Shown here piece after piece: positions 1 through 9,799 of a stretch of DNA of 32,000 nucleotides. This DNA is from Demequinaceae bacterium (GTDB lineage Bacteria; Actinomycetota; Actinomycetes; Actinomycetales; Demequinaceae): positions 390,001-422,000 of the forward strand of contig OZ252279.1 of assembly GCA_965250005.1 (NCBI GenBank), written 5' to 3'. The position numbers were made by a program, and so were the translations under genes. The notes under the pieces were generated by a model. That model was not told the origin of the DNA. It did not search any database and saw only the letters and a list, made by a program, of their open reading frames with translations. Positions within the stretch are counted from its first letter, which is position 1; each line of letters opens with the position of its first letter.

Positions 1-2
1 GG

Positions 3-2552
3 CTGCCCGCGTCCCCCGCCGCGCACCTACGCAGCGCGGCAGAGATGATGTACCGGCATCGGCGCCACCCGGAGGCCGTGGGCGCGGCGGCCAGCCTCGC
101 TAAGGAGCTGGCGTTCGACCTGTCGCTGGTGGCTCCCAACCTGCCTCCGTACCCGGTGCCGCCCGGACACAACGAGGCGTCGTGGCTGCGCGAACTCACT
201 ATGCGCGGCGCGCGCGAGCGCTACGGACCGCCCGAGGCGGAACGCGTCCCCGGGGCGTACAAGAAAATCGAACACGAGCTGCAGATCATCGAACGGCTCA
301 ACTTTCCCGGCTACTTCCTGATCGTCTACGACCTGGTGGATTTCTGCCGCCGCAGCGACATTTTGTGCCAAGGCCGCGGCAGCGCCGCCAACAGCGCGGT
401 CTGCTACGCCCTGGGTGTCACCGCCGTGGATGCCGTCACACACGGGCTGCTGTTCGAGCGGTTCCTCGCACCCGAGCGGGACGGCCCCCCAGACATCGAT
501 GTCGACATCGAGTCCGACCGCCGGGAGGAGGTCATCCAGTACGTGTATCAGCGGTTCGGGCGCATCAACGCCGCGATGGTGGCCAACGTCATCCAGTACC
601 GTCCGCGCTCCGCCGTCAGGGATGCCGCGAAGGCGCTGGGGTATGACGTGGGTCAGCAGGACGCGTGGTCCAAGAGCATCGACCGGTGGGGCTCGCTGAA
701 GGTGCCAGAAGAGAAGCAGCAGGAATGGGCCGCCAAGCAGCGGGACGCGATGTGGCCGGAGCCCAAGCCAGTCGAGCGCGACCTGGACCACATCCCCGAG
801 AACGTGGTGGACCTCGCGGACCGCTTCATGCGGCTCCCGCGCCACCTGGGCATCCACCCCGGGGGCATGGTCCTGTGCGACCGGCCCGTCATCGATGTGT
901 GCCCGGTCGAGTGGGGCCGTATGCCCGGCCGTACCGTGCTCCAGTGGGACAAGGATGACTGCGCCGATGCGGGCCTCGTGAAGTTTGACTTGCTGGGGCT
1001 GGGGATGCTCTCGGCGCTCAAGTACGCGTTCGAATTTGTGCGCGAAACGCAAAGCGAGGAGCTCACGCTGCACGGGCTGCCGCAAGAGGACCCGCGCGTG
1101 TATGACATGCTCTGCGCCGCGGACACCGTTGGCGTGTTCCAGGTGGAGTCGCGCGCGCAGATGGCCACGCTGCCGCGCCTGCGTCCTCGCAAGTTCTACG
1201 ACATCGTGGTGGAGGTCGCGCTCATCCGCCCTGGTCCCATTCAGGGAGGCTCCGTCCATCCGTACATCAACCGCGCGCGCGGACGCGAGGAGGTCACCTA
1301 CCTTCACCCCCTGCTCAAGCCCGCACTGGAGAAGACGCTCGGCGTGCCCCTGTTCCAGGAGCAACTCATGCAGATGGCGATGGACGCCGCCGGGTTCGAC
1401 GGATCAGAGGCGGACCAACTGCGTCGCGCGATGGGATCCAAGCGCAGTCCCGAGCGCATGGAGGCGCTGCGGGTGCGGGCCATGGCGGGCATGGCGAACA
1501 ACGGGATCGAACATGACGTCGCCGCGCAGATCTTCGACAAGCTCAAGGCGTTCGCCGACTTCGGCTTTCCCGAGTCCCACTCGTACTCGTTCGCGTACCT
1601 CGTGTACGCCTCCACGTGGCTCAAGGTGCACAAGCCCGCGGCGTTCTATGCGGGGCTGCTTGCGGCCCAGCCCATGGGCTTCTACTCGCCGCAGTCCCTC
1701 GCTGCGGACGCCCGTCGGCACGGGCAGGCGGTGCTGCGCCCGTGCGTGGCCAGGTCCGTTCCGCTCGCGCGGGTGGAGCGGCAGGACGACCCCTTCGAAT
1801 CACCGGGCGAGACGCGGGAGGATCTCTCGAAGCTGAGCACAGTGGAAGCACACCTCGCGGTGCGCATGGGACTCGCCTCCGTGCGGAGTGTGGACTTGGC
1901 GGATGCCGAGCGCATCGTCGCGGCAAGGCAGGACGGCGAGTTCGTTGACCTGCGGGATATGGCCAGGCGCGTGCAACTCAGTGAACCGCAGTGGGAGGCG
2001 CTCGCCACGGCCGGCGCCCTAGAGACGCTGGGCGTGACGCGGCGCGAGGGCCTGTGGGCGGCTGGCGCGCTGTCCCTCGAGGGTCCCGACACACTGCCCG
2101 GGGTCTCGGTGGGTGTGGATGCTCCAACGCTGCCCGGCATGAGCCCTGTCGAGACAGCCGTGGCCGACGTGTGGGCTTCTGGCGTGAGCGCGGATGCGTA
2201 CCCCACCGCGTTCCTGCGTGAGGGCCTGGACCAGCACGGCGTGCTGCGGGTCTCTCAAGTCCTCACGCACGAAGCCGAGCGCAGGGTCACCGCGGCGGGA
2301 GTGGTGACGCACCGGCAGCGCCCGGGAACCGCCAAGGGAGTCACGTTCCTGTCGATCGAGGACGAGACTGGCGTGCTCAACGTGATCTGCTCAGTAGGCG
2401 TATGGAAACGCTTCCAGGCGGTCGCCCGCCGGTCGCCGGGTCTGGTGGTGCGCGGGCGCATCGAGCGCGCCGACGGCGCTACCAACCTGGTGGCTGAGCA
2501 CCTGTCGCCGCTGTCGCTCAAGGTGCCCACTAAGTCCCGCGACTTCAAGTAG
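3..2552 (+). CDS. dnaE2: Error-prone DNA polymerase III alpha subunit, DnaE2/ImuC type (5' truncated by window edge)
   Basis: Frame is open to the window start, with LPASPAAHLRSAAEMMYRHRRHPEAV preceding the tracked Met at 45. Contains PHP/polymerase landmarks FPGYFLIVYDLVDFCR, CQGRGSAANSAVCYALGVT, PPDIDVDIESDRREEVIQYVYQRFG, GIHPGGMV, and the DnaE2-like C-terminus GTAKGVTFLSIEDETGVLNVI...SRDFK. Confidence 0.95.
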   Translation: MPASPAAHLRSAAEMMYRHRRHPEAVGAAASLAKELAFDLSLVAPNLPPYPVPPGHNEASWLRELTMRGARERYGPPEAERVPGAYKKIEHELQIIERLNFPGYFLIVYDLVDFCRRSDILCQGRGSAANSAVCYALGVTAVDAVTHGLLFERFLAPERDGPPDIDVDIESDRREEVIQYVYQRFGRINAAMVANVIQYRPRSAVRDAAKALGYDVGQQDAWSKSIDRWGSLKVPEEKQQEWAAKQRDAMWPEPKPVERDLDHIPENVVDLADRFMRLPRHLGIHPGGMVLCDRPVIDVCPVEWGRMPGRTVLQWDKDDCADAGLVKFDLLGLGMLSALKYAFEFVRETQSEELTLHGLPQEDPRVYDMLCAADTVGVFQVESRAQMATLPRLRPRKFYDIVVEVALIRPGPIQGGSVHPYINRARGREEVTYLHPLLKPALEKTLGVPLFQEQLMQMAMDAAGFDGSEADQLRRAMGSKRSPERMEALRVRAMAGMANNGIEHDVAAQIFDKLKAFADFGFPESHSYSFAYLVYASTWLKVHKPAAFYAGLLAAQPMGFYSPQSLAADARRHGQAVLRPCVARSVPLARVERQDDPFESPGETREDLSKLSTVEAHLAVRMGLASVRSVDLADAERIVAARQDGEFVDLRDMARRVQLSEPQWEALATAGALETLGVTRREGLWAAGALSLEGPDTLPGVSVGVDAPTLPGMSPVETAVADVWASGVSADAYPTAFLREGLDQHGVLRVSQVLTHEAERRVTAAGVVTHRQRPGTAKGVTFLSIEDETGVLNVICSVGVWKRFQAVARRSPGLVVRGRIERADGATNLVAEHLSPLSLKVPTKSRDFK

Positions 2553-2567
2553 CCGGCTACCTGCGAG

Positions 2568-4793
2568 CTAGACCAGGCTGAAGGACACCGCGACTCCAGC
2601 GACCACGATCGCCTCCATGCTCATGAGCTTCACCAGAATATTGAGGCTCGGGCCGGCGGTGTCTTTGAAGGGATCGCCAACGGTGTCGCCAATTACCGCG
2701 GACTGGTGGGCCTCTGAACCCTTGCCGCCGTGATGGCCTTCTTCGATGTGCTTCTTGGCGTTGTCCCACGCGCCGCCGGCGTTGGCCATGAACATCGACA
2801 GCGAGAAGCCCGTCACGGCGCCTCCTCCGAGCAGGCCAAGGACGCCGGGAACGCCGAAGATGAGGCCAACGACCACGGGAGCGGCGATCGCTAATAGCGA
2901 GGGCAGCAGCATCTCGCGCTGCGCAGCGCGCGTAGAGATGCTCACGCAGCGCGCGTAGTCGGGGTCTGCGTCGCCGGACATGATTCCAGGGATCTCGGCA
3001 AACTGACGTCGAACCTCGTCGACCATGAGGCCCGCGGCGCGACCAACGGCCTTCATCGTGAGCCCACTGAAGACGAACGCCAGCATGGCGCCGACGAACA
3101 TGCCGATCACCACCTTGGGGTTGATCAGCACCACCTCGTAGTTGGTCATCATGTCCATCAGGTCGAACCTCTTGAGAAGCGAGACGCCACTTTCGCCGGT
3201 GAGCTCGACGCCATTGGGGAACGCGTAGTCGGAGCCCCGTTCGAGGGCATGGCCGATCGCGATCTTCACTTCCTCCAGGTACGAGGCGATGAGGGCGATG
3301 CCGGTAAGCGCGGCCGAGCCGATCGCAAACCCCTTGCCCGTGGCAGCGGTCGTGTTTCCCAGCGCGTCAAGGGCGTCGGTACGGCGGCGAACCTCCGGTG
3401 GCAATCCCGCCATCTCAGCGTTGCCGCCGGCGTTGTCCGCAATCGGGCCATACGCGTCGGTTGCCAGCGTGATGCCCAGGGTGCTGAGCATGCCGACTGC
3501 GGCGATGCCAATGCCGTAGAGCCCGGTTCCCACGTGGCCCATGTCAAGGTGGTATTCGGCGCCAAAGAAGAACGCGAGGCCGATGCCAGACACCACCGCG
3601 ATCACGGGGATGGCGACGGACAGCATACCCTCGCCGAGCCCGCCGATGATGACCGTTGCGGGGCCGGTGCGCGCGGAGGCGCCGATGCGCTGGGTCGGGC
3701 CGTAGGCCTGGGACGTGTAGTGCTCTGCGGCGCGGCCGATAATGATGCCAGTGAGCAGGCCCACGATCAGCGCGAGCCACAGCCCCATAACGTTTGGCGC
3801 GCCCATCGCGTACAGGACGCCGAACGAGACCAGCCCGATCATCACCGCGCTGCCGTTAACTCCGCGCCCAAGCGCGCCAAGCAGCTGCTTGCTCGACGCG
3901 CCCTCGCCCGTCCTGACAAAGAACACGCCAATGATGGACAGCAGCGAACCAACGGAGCCGATCACCATGGGTGCCAGCACGGCTATCAGTTGGATCTCTG
4001 CACCTGAGTGCACGTACGCCGCCGCGCCAAGCGCGGCGCTGGCCAGAATCACGCCAACGTAGGACTCGTAGAGGTCGGCGCCCATGCCTGCGACGTCGCC
4101 AACGTTGTCACCAACGTTGTCCGCGATGGTCGCGGGGTTGCGAGCGTCGTCCTCGGGGATGCCGGCCTCGATTTTGCCGACCAGGTCTGCGCCAACGTCG
4201 GCGGCTTTGGTGAAGATGCCGCCGCCCACGCGCGCGAACAGTGACTGCACGGCCGCTCCCATACCGAACGTCAGCATCGTGGTCGTGATTATCACGACGT
4301 TGTGTGGGTCGTCGATCGCGTAGAACCGCGACAGGATCAGGAACCACGCGGCGACGTCAAGCAGGCCGAGGCCCACGACCACGAGCCCCATGACAGCGCC
4401 GCTACGGAAGGCAACACGCAGGCCGTGATTGAGTGAGTGGCGAGCGGCGTTTGCGGTGCGCGCGGATGCGTACGTCGCGGTGCGCATGCCGATGAACCCC
4501 GCGAGCGCGGAAAAAAGTCCGCCCGTAAGGAACGCAAATGGCACCCACGGATTCTGCAGGTGTAGGACGTACGCGAGCACGCAGAACACGGCGGTGAGGC
4601 TCGCGAAGACGATCCCGACTACCTTGTATTGCTGCTTGAGGTAGGCGAGGGCGCCATCGCGCACGTGAGCGGCAATCTTGATCATTGTGGGTGTGCCCTC
4701 GTCCTCCTTCATCATTTGCTTGAAGAAGTAGTACGCGGCGCCAAGAGACAACAGCGAGGCGATCGGCACCAACCAGAACCATGGAGAGATCAT
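2568..4793 (-). CDS. hppA: Membrane-bound ion-translocating pyrophosphatase (H+/Na+-PPase); start placed at MISPWFW
   Basis: Multi-pass protein with the signature [58 protein letters not shown] and [19 protein letters not shown]. The tracked ORF extends to 4847, overlapping the upstream gene. The Met at 4793 fits membrane topology better. Confidence 0.95.
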   Translation of the reverse strand: MISPWFWLVPIASLLSLGAAYYFFKQMMKEDEGTPTMIKIAAHVRDGALAYLKQQYKVVGIVFASLTAVFCVLAYVLHLQNPWVPFAFLTGGLFSALAGFIGMRTATYASARTANAARHSLNHGLRVAFRSGAVMGLVVVGLGLLDVAAWFLILSRFYAIDDPHNVVIITTTMLTFGMGAAVQSLFARVGGGIFTKAADVGADLVGKIEAGIPEDDARNPATIADNVGDNVGDVAGMGADLYESYVGVILASAALGAAAYVHSGAEIQLIAVLAPMVIGSVGSLLSIIGVFFVRTGEGASSKQLLGALGRGVNGSAVMIGLVSFGVLYAMGAPNVMGLWLALIVGLLTGIIIGRAAEHYTSQAYGPTQRIGASARTGPATVIIGGLGEGMLSVAIPVIAVVSGIGLAFFFGAEYHLDMGHVGTGLYGIGIAAVGMLSTLGITLATDAYGPIADNAGGNAEMAGLPPEVRRRTDALDALGNTTAATGKGFAIGSAALTGIALIASYLEEVKIAIGHALERGSDYAFPNGVELTGESGVSLLKRFDLMDMMTNYEVVLINPKVVIGMFVGAMLAFVFSGLTMKAVGRAAGLMVDEVRRQFAEIPGIMSGDADPDYARCVSISTRAAQREMLLPSLLAIAAPVVVGLIFGVPGVLGLLGGGAVTGFSLSMFMANAGGAWDNAKKHIEEGHHGGKGSEAHQSAVIGDTVGDPFKDTAGPSLNILVKLMSMEAIVVAGVAVSFSLV

Positions 4794-4810
4794 GTATGAG
4801 GCTCGTTCTA

Positions 4811-5590
4811 CTAGTGCCCGAAGGCGGTCTGTGCGGAGCGCCACCATGCGAGGTGCTCGCGCTCGAGCGTCTCCGCGCCTGGTATGGGGAACGCCGTGAT
4901 TCCGTCCGGGTCGCCCACGAAGAACCCGTTTCGCACCGTGCGGAACAGCACTTCCTGGGTCATTTGCCGCAGCACCGTCTTGGTGTGCTTCTTGGGCTTC
5001 GCCGCGAGCTCGCGCAGGCAGTCCCGCAGGTGGCCGATGTTGGGGTACGGCAGATTGTCGATGTGAGGCGAGTCGGGGTCATTTTTGAGGTTGCCGAGCG
5101 TCAATTCGCTGAATACTATGCGCGGGACGTTGACCGGCTGGTCCGCGTCGGTAAGAAACTCGGCGAACTCCGCAGGGTCGAGGTTGCTGACAACGCGCGG
5201 GTTGATGGGGCAAAACTCTTGGTAGAGGTGTGCGCGGTCTTCCTCGTCTGGAACGAACTCGTGGGGGTCGAGCGAGAGCACGCGCCCGTCGTCCGTAGCT
5301 AGGTGTAGTTGCGAAAGGGCGGATCGTGGGACGTGCTCGAGCGTGCGGTAGATGCTGATGTACACCGAGTTCTTGGGGCGGCCGTCTGCGTGCGGCACGC
5401 AGCGCTTGTCGACGGCGTCAAGGGGGAATGGTTGCCCCTCGAGCTTCGCGCGATCCACGGAGAAGAAGATGGCCTGGCCGCGCGAACGCTTGGCGCCACC
5501 CATGGCGTAGTACAGGCCAAATTCTTCCGGCGGCAGCATGGAGGCAATGAGGGCCTGGGGAATGAGGGACAGGTACAGAAATATGCTCAT
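4811..5590 (-). CDS. Uncharacterised protein (259 aa) immediately upstream of, and probably co-transcribed with, hppA
   Basis: Long ORF, 17 bp from the proposed hppA start, same strand, plausible composition (MSIFLYLSLIPQALIASMLPPEEFGLYYAMGGAKRSRGQAIFFSVD...). No family recognised. Confidence 0.75.
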   Translation of the reverse strand: MSIFLYLSLIPQALIASMLPPEEFGLYYAMGGAKRSRGQAIFFSVDRAKLEGQPFPLDAVDKRCVPHADGRPKNSVYISIYRTLEHVPRSALSQLHLATDDGRVLSLDPHEFVPDEEDRAHLYQEFCPINPRVVSNLDPAEFAEFLTDADQPVNVPRIVFSELTLGNLKNDPDSPHIDNLPYPNIGHLRDCLRELAAKPKKHTKTVLRQMTQEVLFRTVRNGFFVGDPDGITAFPIPGAETLEREHLAWWRSAQTAFGH

Positions 5591-5806
5591 GGCTTGCTCC
5601 TATGGCAGGCAACGCAGAATGCCGCCACTAGCGACGCTACGCCCACGTTTGGAGCGCCTCACGGGACATTGGTCTTGCTGCCAGTTCCCTACGAGAACCG
5701 GATTGTCTGGACTGTCGCGCGCATGCTGGCGTTTCCGGGCGGCGGTCGAATCGTGCTAATCTTGCGGTCGCGCCAGAGCGTCCCACCAGGGCGGTTTGGC
5801 CCCCCG

Positions 5807-5890
5807 GTCCGAGTGGCGGAATTGGTAGACGCGCTAGCTTGAGGGGTTAGTGCCCTTACGGGCGTAGGGGTTCAAGTCCCCTCTCGGACA
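5807..5890 (+). tRNA. tRNA-Leu, anticodon GAG (no encoded CCA)
   Basis: Acceptor arms GTCCGAG/CTCGGAC (5807-5813 with 5883-5889), D-loop TGGCGGAATTGGTAGACGCG, anticodon stem-loop CTAGC-TTGAGGG-GTTAG (anticodon GAG), variable arm, T arm GGGGTTCAAGTCCCC. 84 nt, class II. Confidence 0.95.
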
Positions 5891-5899
5891 CACGATCGG

Positions 5900-5923
5900 C
5901 CGGAGCACTCGCTCCGGTCTTTT
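5900..5923 (+). terminator. Rho-independent terminator downstream of tRNA-Leu
   Basis: CCGGAGC-ACTC-GCTCCGG (7-bp perfect stem) followed by TCTTTT. Confidence 0.75.
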
Positions 5924-5951
5924 CTGTTCCTGCCCGCGATAGCCTGAAGGC

Positions 5952-7253
5952 GTGAATCCGGAACACGATGTCGTCGCGATCGCGCAGGACCTCATGCGGA
6001 TCGACACCTCGAACTTTGGTGACGACACCGGCCCAGGTGAGCGGGAGGCGGCTGAGTACGTCGCGACCTTCCTTTCAAACCTCGGCCTTGAGCCGGAGAT
6101 CCGCGAATCCGCGCCCGGACGCACGTCGGTCACAGCGCTATGGGAGGGCCTCAACCGCGATCGCGCGCCGCTCGTTGTTCACGGCCACCTGGACGTGGTT
6201 CCCGCATTCCCGCACGAATGGCAACACCCGCCGTTCGCCGCCGAGCTTGCGGACGGGATGATCTGGGGCCGCGGCGCCGTCGACATGAAGGGCACGAACG
6301 CGATTTACCTCAGCGTCGTGGCGTCGATGATCGCCGCAGGAGCGAAGCCCGCTCGGGACATCGTGCTCGCCTTTTTCGCTGACGAGGAAAACGGAGGGGG
6401 GCTGGGCGCTGGCTTCATGATCCGCGAACACCGTGACGACTTTCGCGGTGCGAGCGAAGCTATCAGCGAGGTTGGCGGATTCTCCACCACGATCAATGGC
6501 AAGCGTGCGTACATGCTCCAGACGGCGGAGAAGGGCATCCAATGGCTCCGGCTCGTTAGCGCGGGCACCGCAGGGCACGGAAGCCTAGTGCACGATGACA
6601 ACGCTGTGACGCATCTCGCGGCGGCGGTGACGCGCATCGGCAAATACGCGTGGCCCCTGGACGTGACGCCCACGGTCGAACGGCTGCTCCGCGGCGTCGC
6701 CGATCTCACGGGCGAGACCTATGCGCCGGAGCCCGAGATTGTGGACCGCCTCATTAGCGCGCTCGGGCCAGTCTCGCGGTTTGTCGAGGCGACAGTGCGG
6801 AATACGTCGAACCCGACGCAGTTGGACGGCGGCTACAAGTCAAACGTCATCCCGGACCAGGCGACAGCGGTGATAGATACCCGGTACCTTCCCGGCCAGC
6901 AGGAGGAGGTACTGCGGACAGTTGAGCGCCTCGCGGGGCCCAACGTGAAGGTTGAGCAGATCATCGTGGACATCGCTGTCGAGCAGCCTTTCGACACGGC
7001 AATTGTCGACAGAATGATCTCCGCGCTGGACGCCGAGGACCCTGGAGCTCCGGTGTTGCCGTATGCGCTCATGGGTGGCACCGACAACAAGTCGATGGCC
7101 AAGATTGGCATCGCCGGGTACGGTTTCGCGCCCCTCCAACTGCCGCCTGACCTGGATTTTCCCGCGCTGTTTCATGGTGTGGATGAGCGTGTGCCCGTGG
7201 ACGGGCTTCGGTTCGGGGTGCGCGTGATGGAGCGATTTTTGCGTGACTGCTAG
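5952..7253 (+). CDS. M20 family metallopeptidase (ArgE/DapE/dipeptidase-like)
   Basis: LVVHGHLDVVPAFPHEW, GRGAVDMKG, FFADEENGG, GGTDNKSMAKIGIAGYGFAPLQLPP; GTG start. Confidence 0.9.
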   Translation: MNPEHDVVAIAQDLMRIDTSNFGDDTGPGEREAAEYVATFLSNLGLEPEIRESAPGRTSVTALWEGLNRDRAPLVVHGHLDVVPAFPHEWQHPPFAAELADGMIWGRGAVDMKGTNAIYLSVVASMIAAGAKPARDIVLAFFADEENGGGLGAGFMIREHRDDFRGASEAISEVGGFSTTINGKRAYMLQTAEKGIQWLRLVSAGTAGHGSLVHDDNAVTHLAAAVTRIGKYAWPLDVTPTVERLLRGVADLTGETYAPEPEIVDRLISALGPVSRFVEATVRNTSNPTQLDGGYKSNVIPDQATAVIDTRYLPGQQEEVLRTVERLAGPNVKVEQIIVDIAVEQPFDTAIVDRMISALDAEDPGAPVLPYALMGGTDNKSMAKIGIAGYGFAPLQLPPDLDFPALFHGVDERVPVDGLRFGVRVMERFLRDC

Positions 7254-7267
7254 GTACGGGCGCCGAA

Positions 7268-7525
7268 CTACCCGGCGTTGGTGCGACGGACCTTGAGGGC
7301 TCGGCGACGAAGCCAAACTTTGCGCGCGCCGCCCCGATAGAGCACCACACGGGACAGTTCCCACTTGCCGTACTCGGCCTCGTCGGCGAGCAGGCGCCGC
7401 GCGTCGGAGCGGCTCACGTCGCGCGGAATGACCACGACACGAGTCTCGAAGTGGCTTAAACGCACGCCACTTCTGGCGGTGGGCTGGACCGCGCCGAGCG
7501 CGCGTTGGGCTGAGATTTCATGCAT
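7268..7525 (-). CDS. DUF5703-like small conserved actinobacterial protein
   Basis: Core FETRVVVIPRDVSRSDARRLLADEAEYGKWELSRVVLYRGGARKVWLRRR resembles the DUF5703 family; exact start uncertain. Confidence 0.7.
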   Translation of the reverse strand: MHEISAQRALGAVQPTARSGVRLSHFETRVVVIPRDVSRSDARRLLADEAEYGKWELSRVVLYRGGARKVWLRRRALKVRRTNAG

Positions 7526-7566
7526 TGCATTCCCTTTCTACACCGCACACCGGTAACGTCGGAACT

Positions 7567-7902
7567 ATGACAGCGAACGCGCGTGACGCCCTAAGGCACC
7601 TCACCACGGCTTTCGAGGACCACATCGAGGCCATCGCGACGCGCCGCGGCCCGAATGACGCGGCGGTTGACGACGCGTACGACGTCCTCGCGGAGTCCTT
7701 CGAACGGTACGAGGATGCACTGGACGTTGAGTTCGCCGAATCTGTTCCGATGGTCTTGGATGACGCTGACGACGATGGAGGCGAAGGCGATCGTGGTGAA
7801 TTCATCGACGACGATGACGAGTCTGAAGATATCGACGCGCACGCCGAAGAGGACGAGGACCAGCTAGACGATGACATCGTGGAGTTTGATCTCAAGTCTT
7901 AG
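7567..7902 (+). CDS. Small highly acidic conserved hypothetical protein (annotated in some actinobacteria as primosomal protein); start placed at MTANARDAL
   Basis: ORF with an N-terminal helical region and a long Asp/Glu-rich C-terminus (VLDDADDDGGEGD...DDDDESEDIDAHAEEDEDQLDDDIVEFDLKS). The upstream tracked Met at 7525 overlaps the divergent gene start. Confidence 0.65.
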   Translation: MTANARDALRHLTTAFEDHIEAIATRRGPNDAAVDDAYDVLAESFERYEDALDVEFAESVPMVLDDADDDGGEGDRGEFIDDDDESEDIDAHAEEDEDQLDDDIVEFDLKS

Positions 7903-7905
7903 CTC

Positions 7906-8865
7906 CTAGCGCCGCTCGGGATAGCCGAGTGCCGGCGTACTCACGGCGTCTAGGGCGCTCCGGATCGCGTCCGGTAAGCGTAGATCCTCGGCAGCGAGCG
8001 AGGGCTGCAGTTGCGCAGACGTTCGGGCTCCAACGATGGCACTGCTCACTCCTGGAGCGTCGCGCACCCACGCCAGCGCCACCTCGTGGGCGCTCCGATC
8101 GAGGCCAGCGGCGGCCGTCACGATCGCGTCGACAATGGTCGCGACACGGTCGTTGAGGTAGGGCGCAAGGAAGCCGGAAAGGTGGTCGGAGGCAGCGCGG
8201 GAGTCGGCCGGGATCCCCTCGCGGTACTTGCCCGTGAGAACTCCGCGACCCAAGGGAGACCATGCGAGCACGCCTAGGCCAAGGGCATCGGCGGCAGGAA
8301 GCACTTCTCGTTCAACCCCGCGCTGGGCGAGCGAATACTCAACTTCGGTGCAGGAAATGCTGGGTCGCGAAGAAAGGGTGGAGGCCTGCGCCGTGGCCCA
8401 CCCAGGGAAATTGCTGAGCCCCACGTATCGAACTCGGCCGGAGTTCACCGCGATCTCAAGCGCGTGGAGCGTCTCGTCGACGGGGGTAACGGGATCGTGC
8501 GCGTGCACCAGCCATAGGTCGACGTGGTCAGTCTCCATACGGCCAAGCGACGCGTCGAGCGTCGCGAGCATGGTGTCCCGAGACGCGTCTACAGCACGGC
8601 CGCCCTCGCTGCGCCTGATTCCAGCCTTGGTGCACAGTTGAACGTCCTCGCGGCCAATCGTGCCGCCGAGCATTGATCCAATCAAAGATTCAGATCCGCC
8701 GTCGGCGTAGGCCGCGGCTGTGTCAAGCAGCGTCCCGCCCGCGCCCAAGAACGCATCAAGTTGCGCGCCAGCCTCCTCGGCATTCGTGTCGCGGCTCCAC
8801 GTCATGGTCCCTAGCGCGAGTCGAGAGACCTCCAGGCCTGTTGATCCGACGCGACGCCTCTCCAT
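7906..8865 (-). CDS. Aldo/keto reductase
   Basis: MERRRVGSTGLEVSRLALGTMTWSRDTNAEEAGAQLDAFLGAGGTLLDTAAAYADG...VDLWLVHAHDP...RYVGLSNFPGW. The tracked ORF start at 9312 is an antisense extension; Met at 8865 fits the family. Confidence 0.93.
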   Translation of the reverse strand: MERRRVGSTGLEVSRLALGTMTWSRDTNAEEAGAQLDAFLGAGGTLLDTAAAYADGGSESLIGSMLGGTIGREDVQLCTKAGIRRSEGGRAVDASRDTMLATLDASLGRMETDHVDLWLVHAHDPVTPVDETLHALEIAVNSGRVRYVGLSNFPGWATAQASTLSSRPSISCTEVEYSLAQRGVEREVLPAADALGLGVLAWSPLGRGVLTGKYREGIPADSRAASDHLSGFLAPYLNDRVATIVDAIVTAAAGLDRSAHEVALAWVRDAPGVSSAIVGARTSAQLQPSLAAEDLRLPDAIRSALDAVSTPALGYPERR

Positions 8866-8929
8866 GAATCCGAGGCTACCTGCGCGACGGGTACACACGT
8901 ACGCGGCGCGCGGCGGTAAGGTTTCGTGC

Positions 8930-9793
8930 GTGAGTTGGTGGGAAGCAATTGTCCTCGGAGTGGTGCAGGGCTTTACGGAGTTTCTGCCCATATCTTCGAG
9001 CGCGCACGTGCGCGTTGTGGGTCCGCTACTCCCTAGTGGCGGAGATCCCGGCGCGGCATTCACCGCGACAATCCAGTTGGGCACCGAAGCCGCAGTGCTG
9101 CTCTTTTTCAGGCGCGACATTGCCAAGATCATCATCAACTGGTGGCACTGCCTGCGCGGGCGGTTTGGAACAACCCGAAGCGCCCGGTTTGGCGCGGGCA
9201 ATGTTGACGCACGGCTCGGTTGGTGGGTGATCGTCGGCACCATCCCCATCGTGATCCTTGGTGTTGTGTTCCGCGACTCCATCGAATCCCACCTTCGCAA
9301 CCTGTGGCTCACCGCGGCGGTGTTGGCATTCTTCGCTCTCGTGCTCGGTGCCGCAGATCAGTACGGTGCCAAACGCCGAGACCTGAAATCGATTACCGGC
9401 AGGGAGGCCGTGTGGCTGGGACTCGCGCAGGCCGCGGCCCTCATCCCAGGCGTGTCACGCTCGGGCGGCACCATCTCCATGGGGCTCTTCCTTGGGCTTA
9501 CCCGCGAAGCTGCGACCCGCTACTCGTTTTTGCTTGCAATTCCTGCTGTCGTGGGGTCCGCGTTTTTTGAGGTCGCGACCAATGCGGCAGAACTTACCGA
9601 GGCGGGCGGGCCGGGGATCGCCGCGACGGTAATCGCGGTGATCGCCGCCTTTGTGGTTGGCTACATCGTCATCATCTGGTTCTTGAAGTTGGTGTCGACA
9701 CACTCGTTCTTCGGCTTCGTGGTCTACCGGGTGGTGCTCGCTGGGGTTATCGTGGCGTTGCTGTCGAGCGACATCATTCCCGCCGTCGCGTAG
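8930..9793 (+). CDS. uppP: Undecaprenyl-diphosphate phosphatase UppP/BacA; GTG start
   Basis: MSWWEAIVLGVVQGFTEFLPISSSAHVRV...LAQAAALIPGVSRSGGTISMGLFLGLTREAATRYSFLLAIPAVVGSAFF. Confidence 0.96.
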   Translation: MSWWEAIVLGVVQGFTEFLPISSSAHVRVVGPLLPSGGDPGAAFTATIQLGTEAAVLLFFRRDIAKIIINWWHCLRGRFGTTRSARFGAGNVDARLGWWVIVGTIPIVILGVVFRDSIESHLRNLWLTAAVLAFFALVLGAADQYGAKRRDLKSITGREAVWLGLAQAAALIPGVSRSGGTISMGLFLGLTREAATRYSFLLAIPAVVGSAFFEVATNAAELTEAGGPGIAATVIAVIAAFVVGYIVIIWFLKLVSTHSFFGFVVYRVVLAGVIVALLSSDIIPAVA

Positions 9794-9799
9794 CGACCG

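Noticed and set aside
27-1364. 445-aa minus-strand ORF opposite dnaE2
   Set aside because: Antisense shadow ORF from high-GC third codon positions. The plus-strand frame has clear DnaE2 motifs, while the shadow has no recognisable domain and is Arg/His/Val-rich.
3249-4007. 252-aa plus-strand ORF inside hppA
   Set aside because: Antisense to strongly conserved pyrophosphatase motifs; no domain recognised.
8866-9312. N-terminal 149 codons of the tracked aldo/keto reductase ORF
   Set aside because: Lies antisense to uppP and lacks family similarity. The real start is the Met at 8865 (MERRRVGSTGLEVSRLALG).
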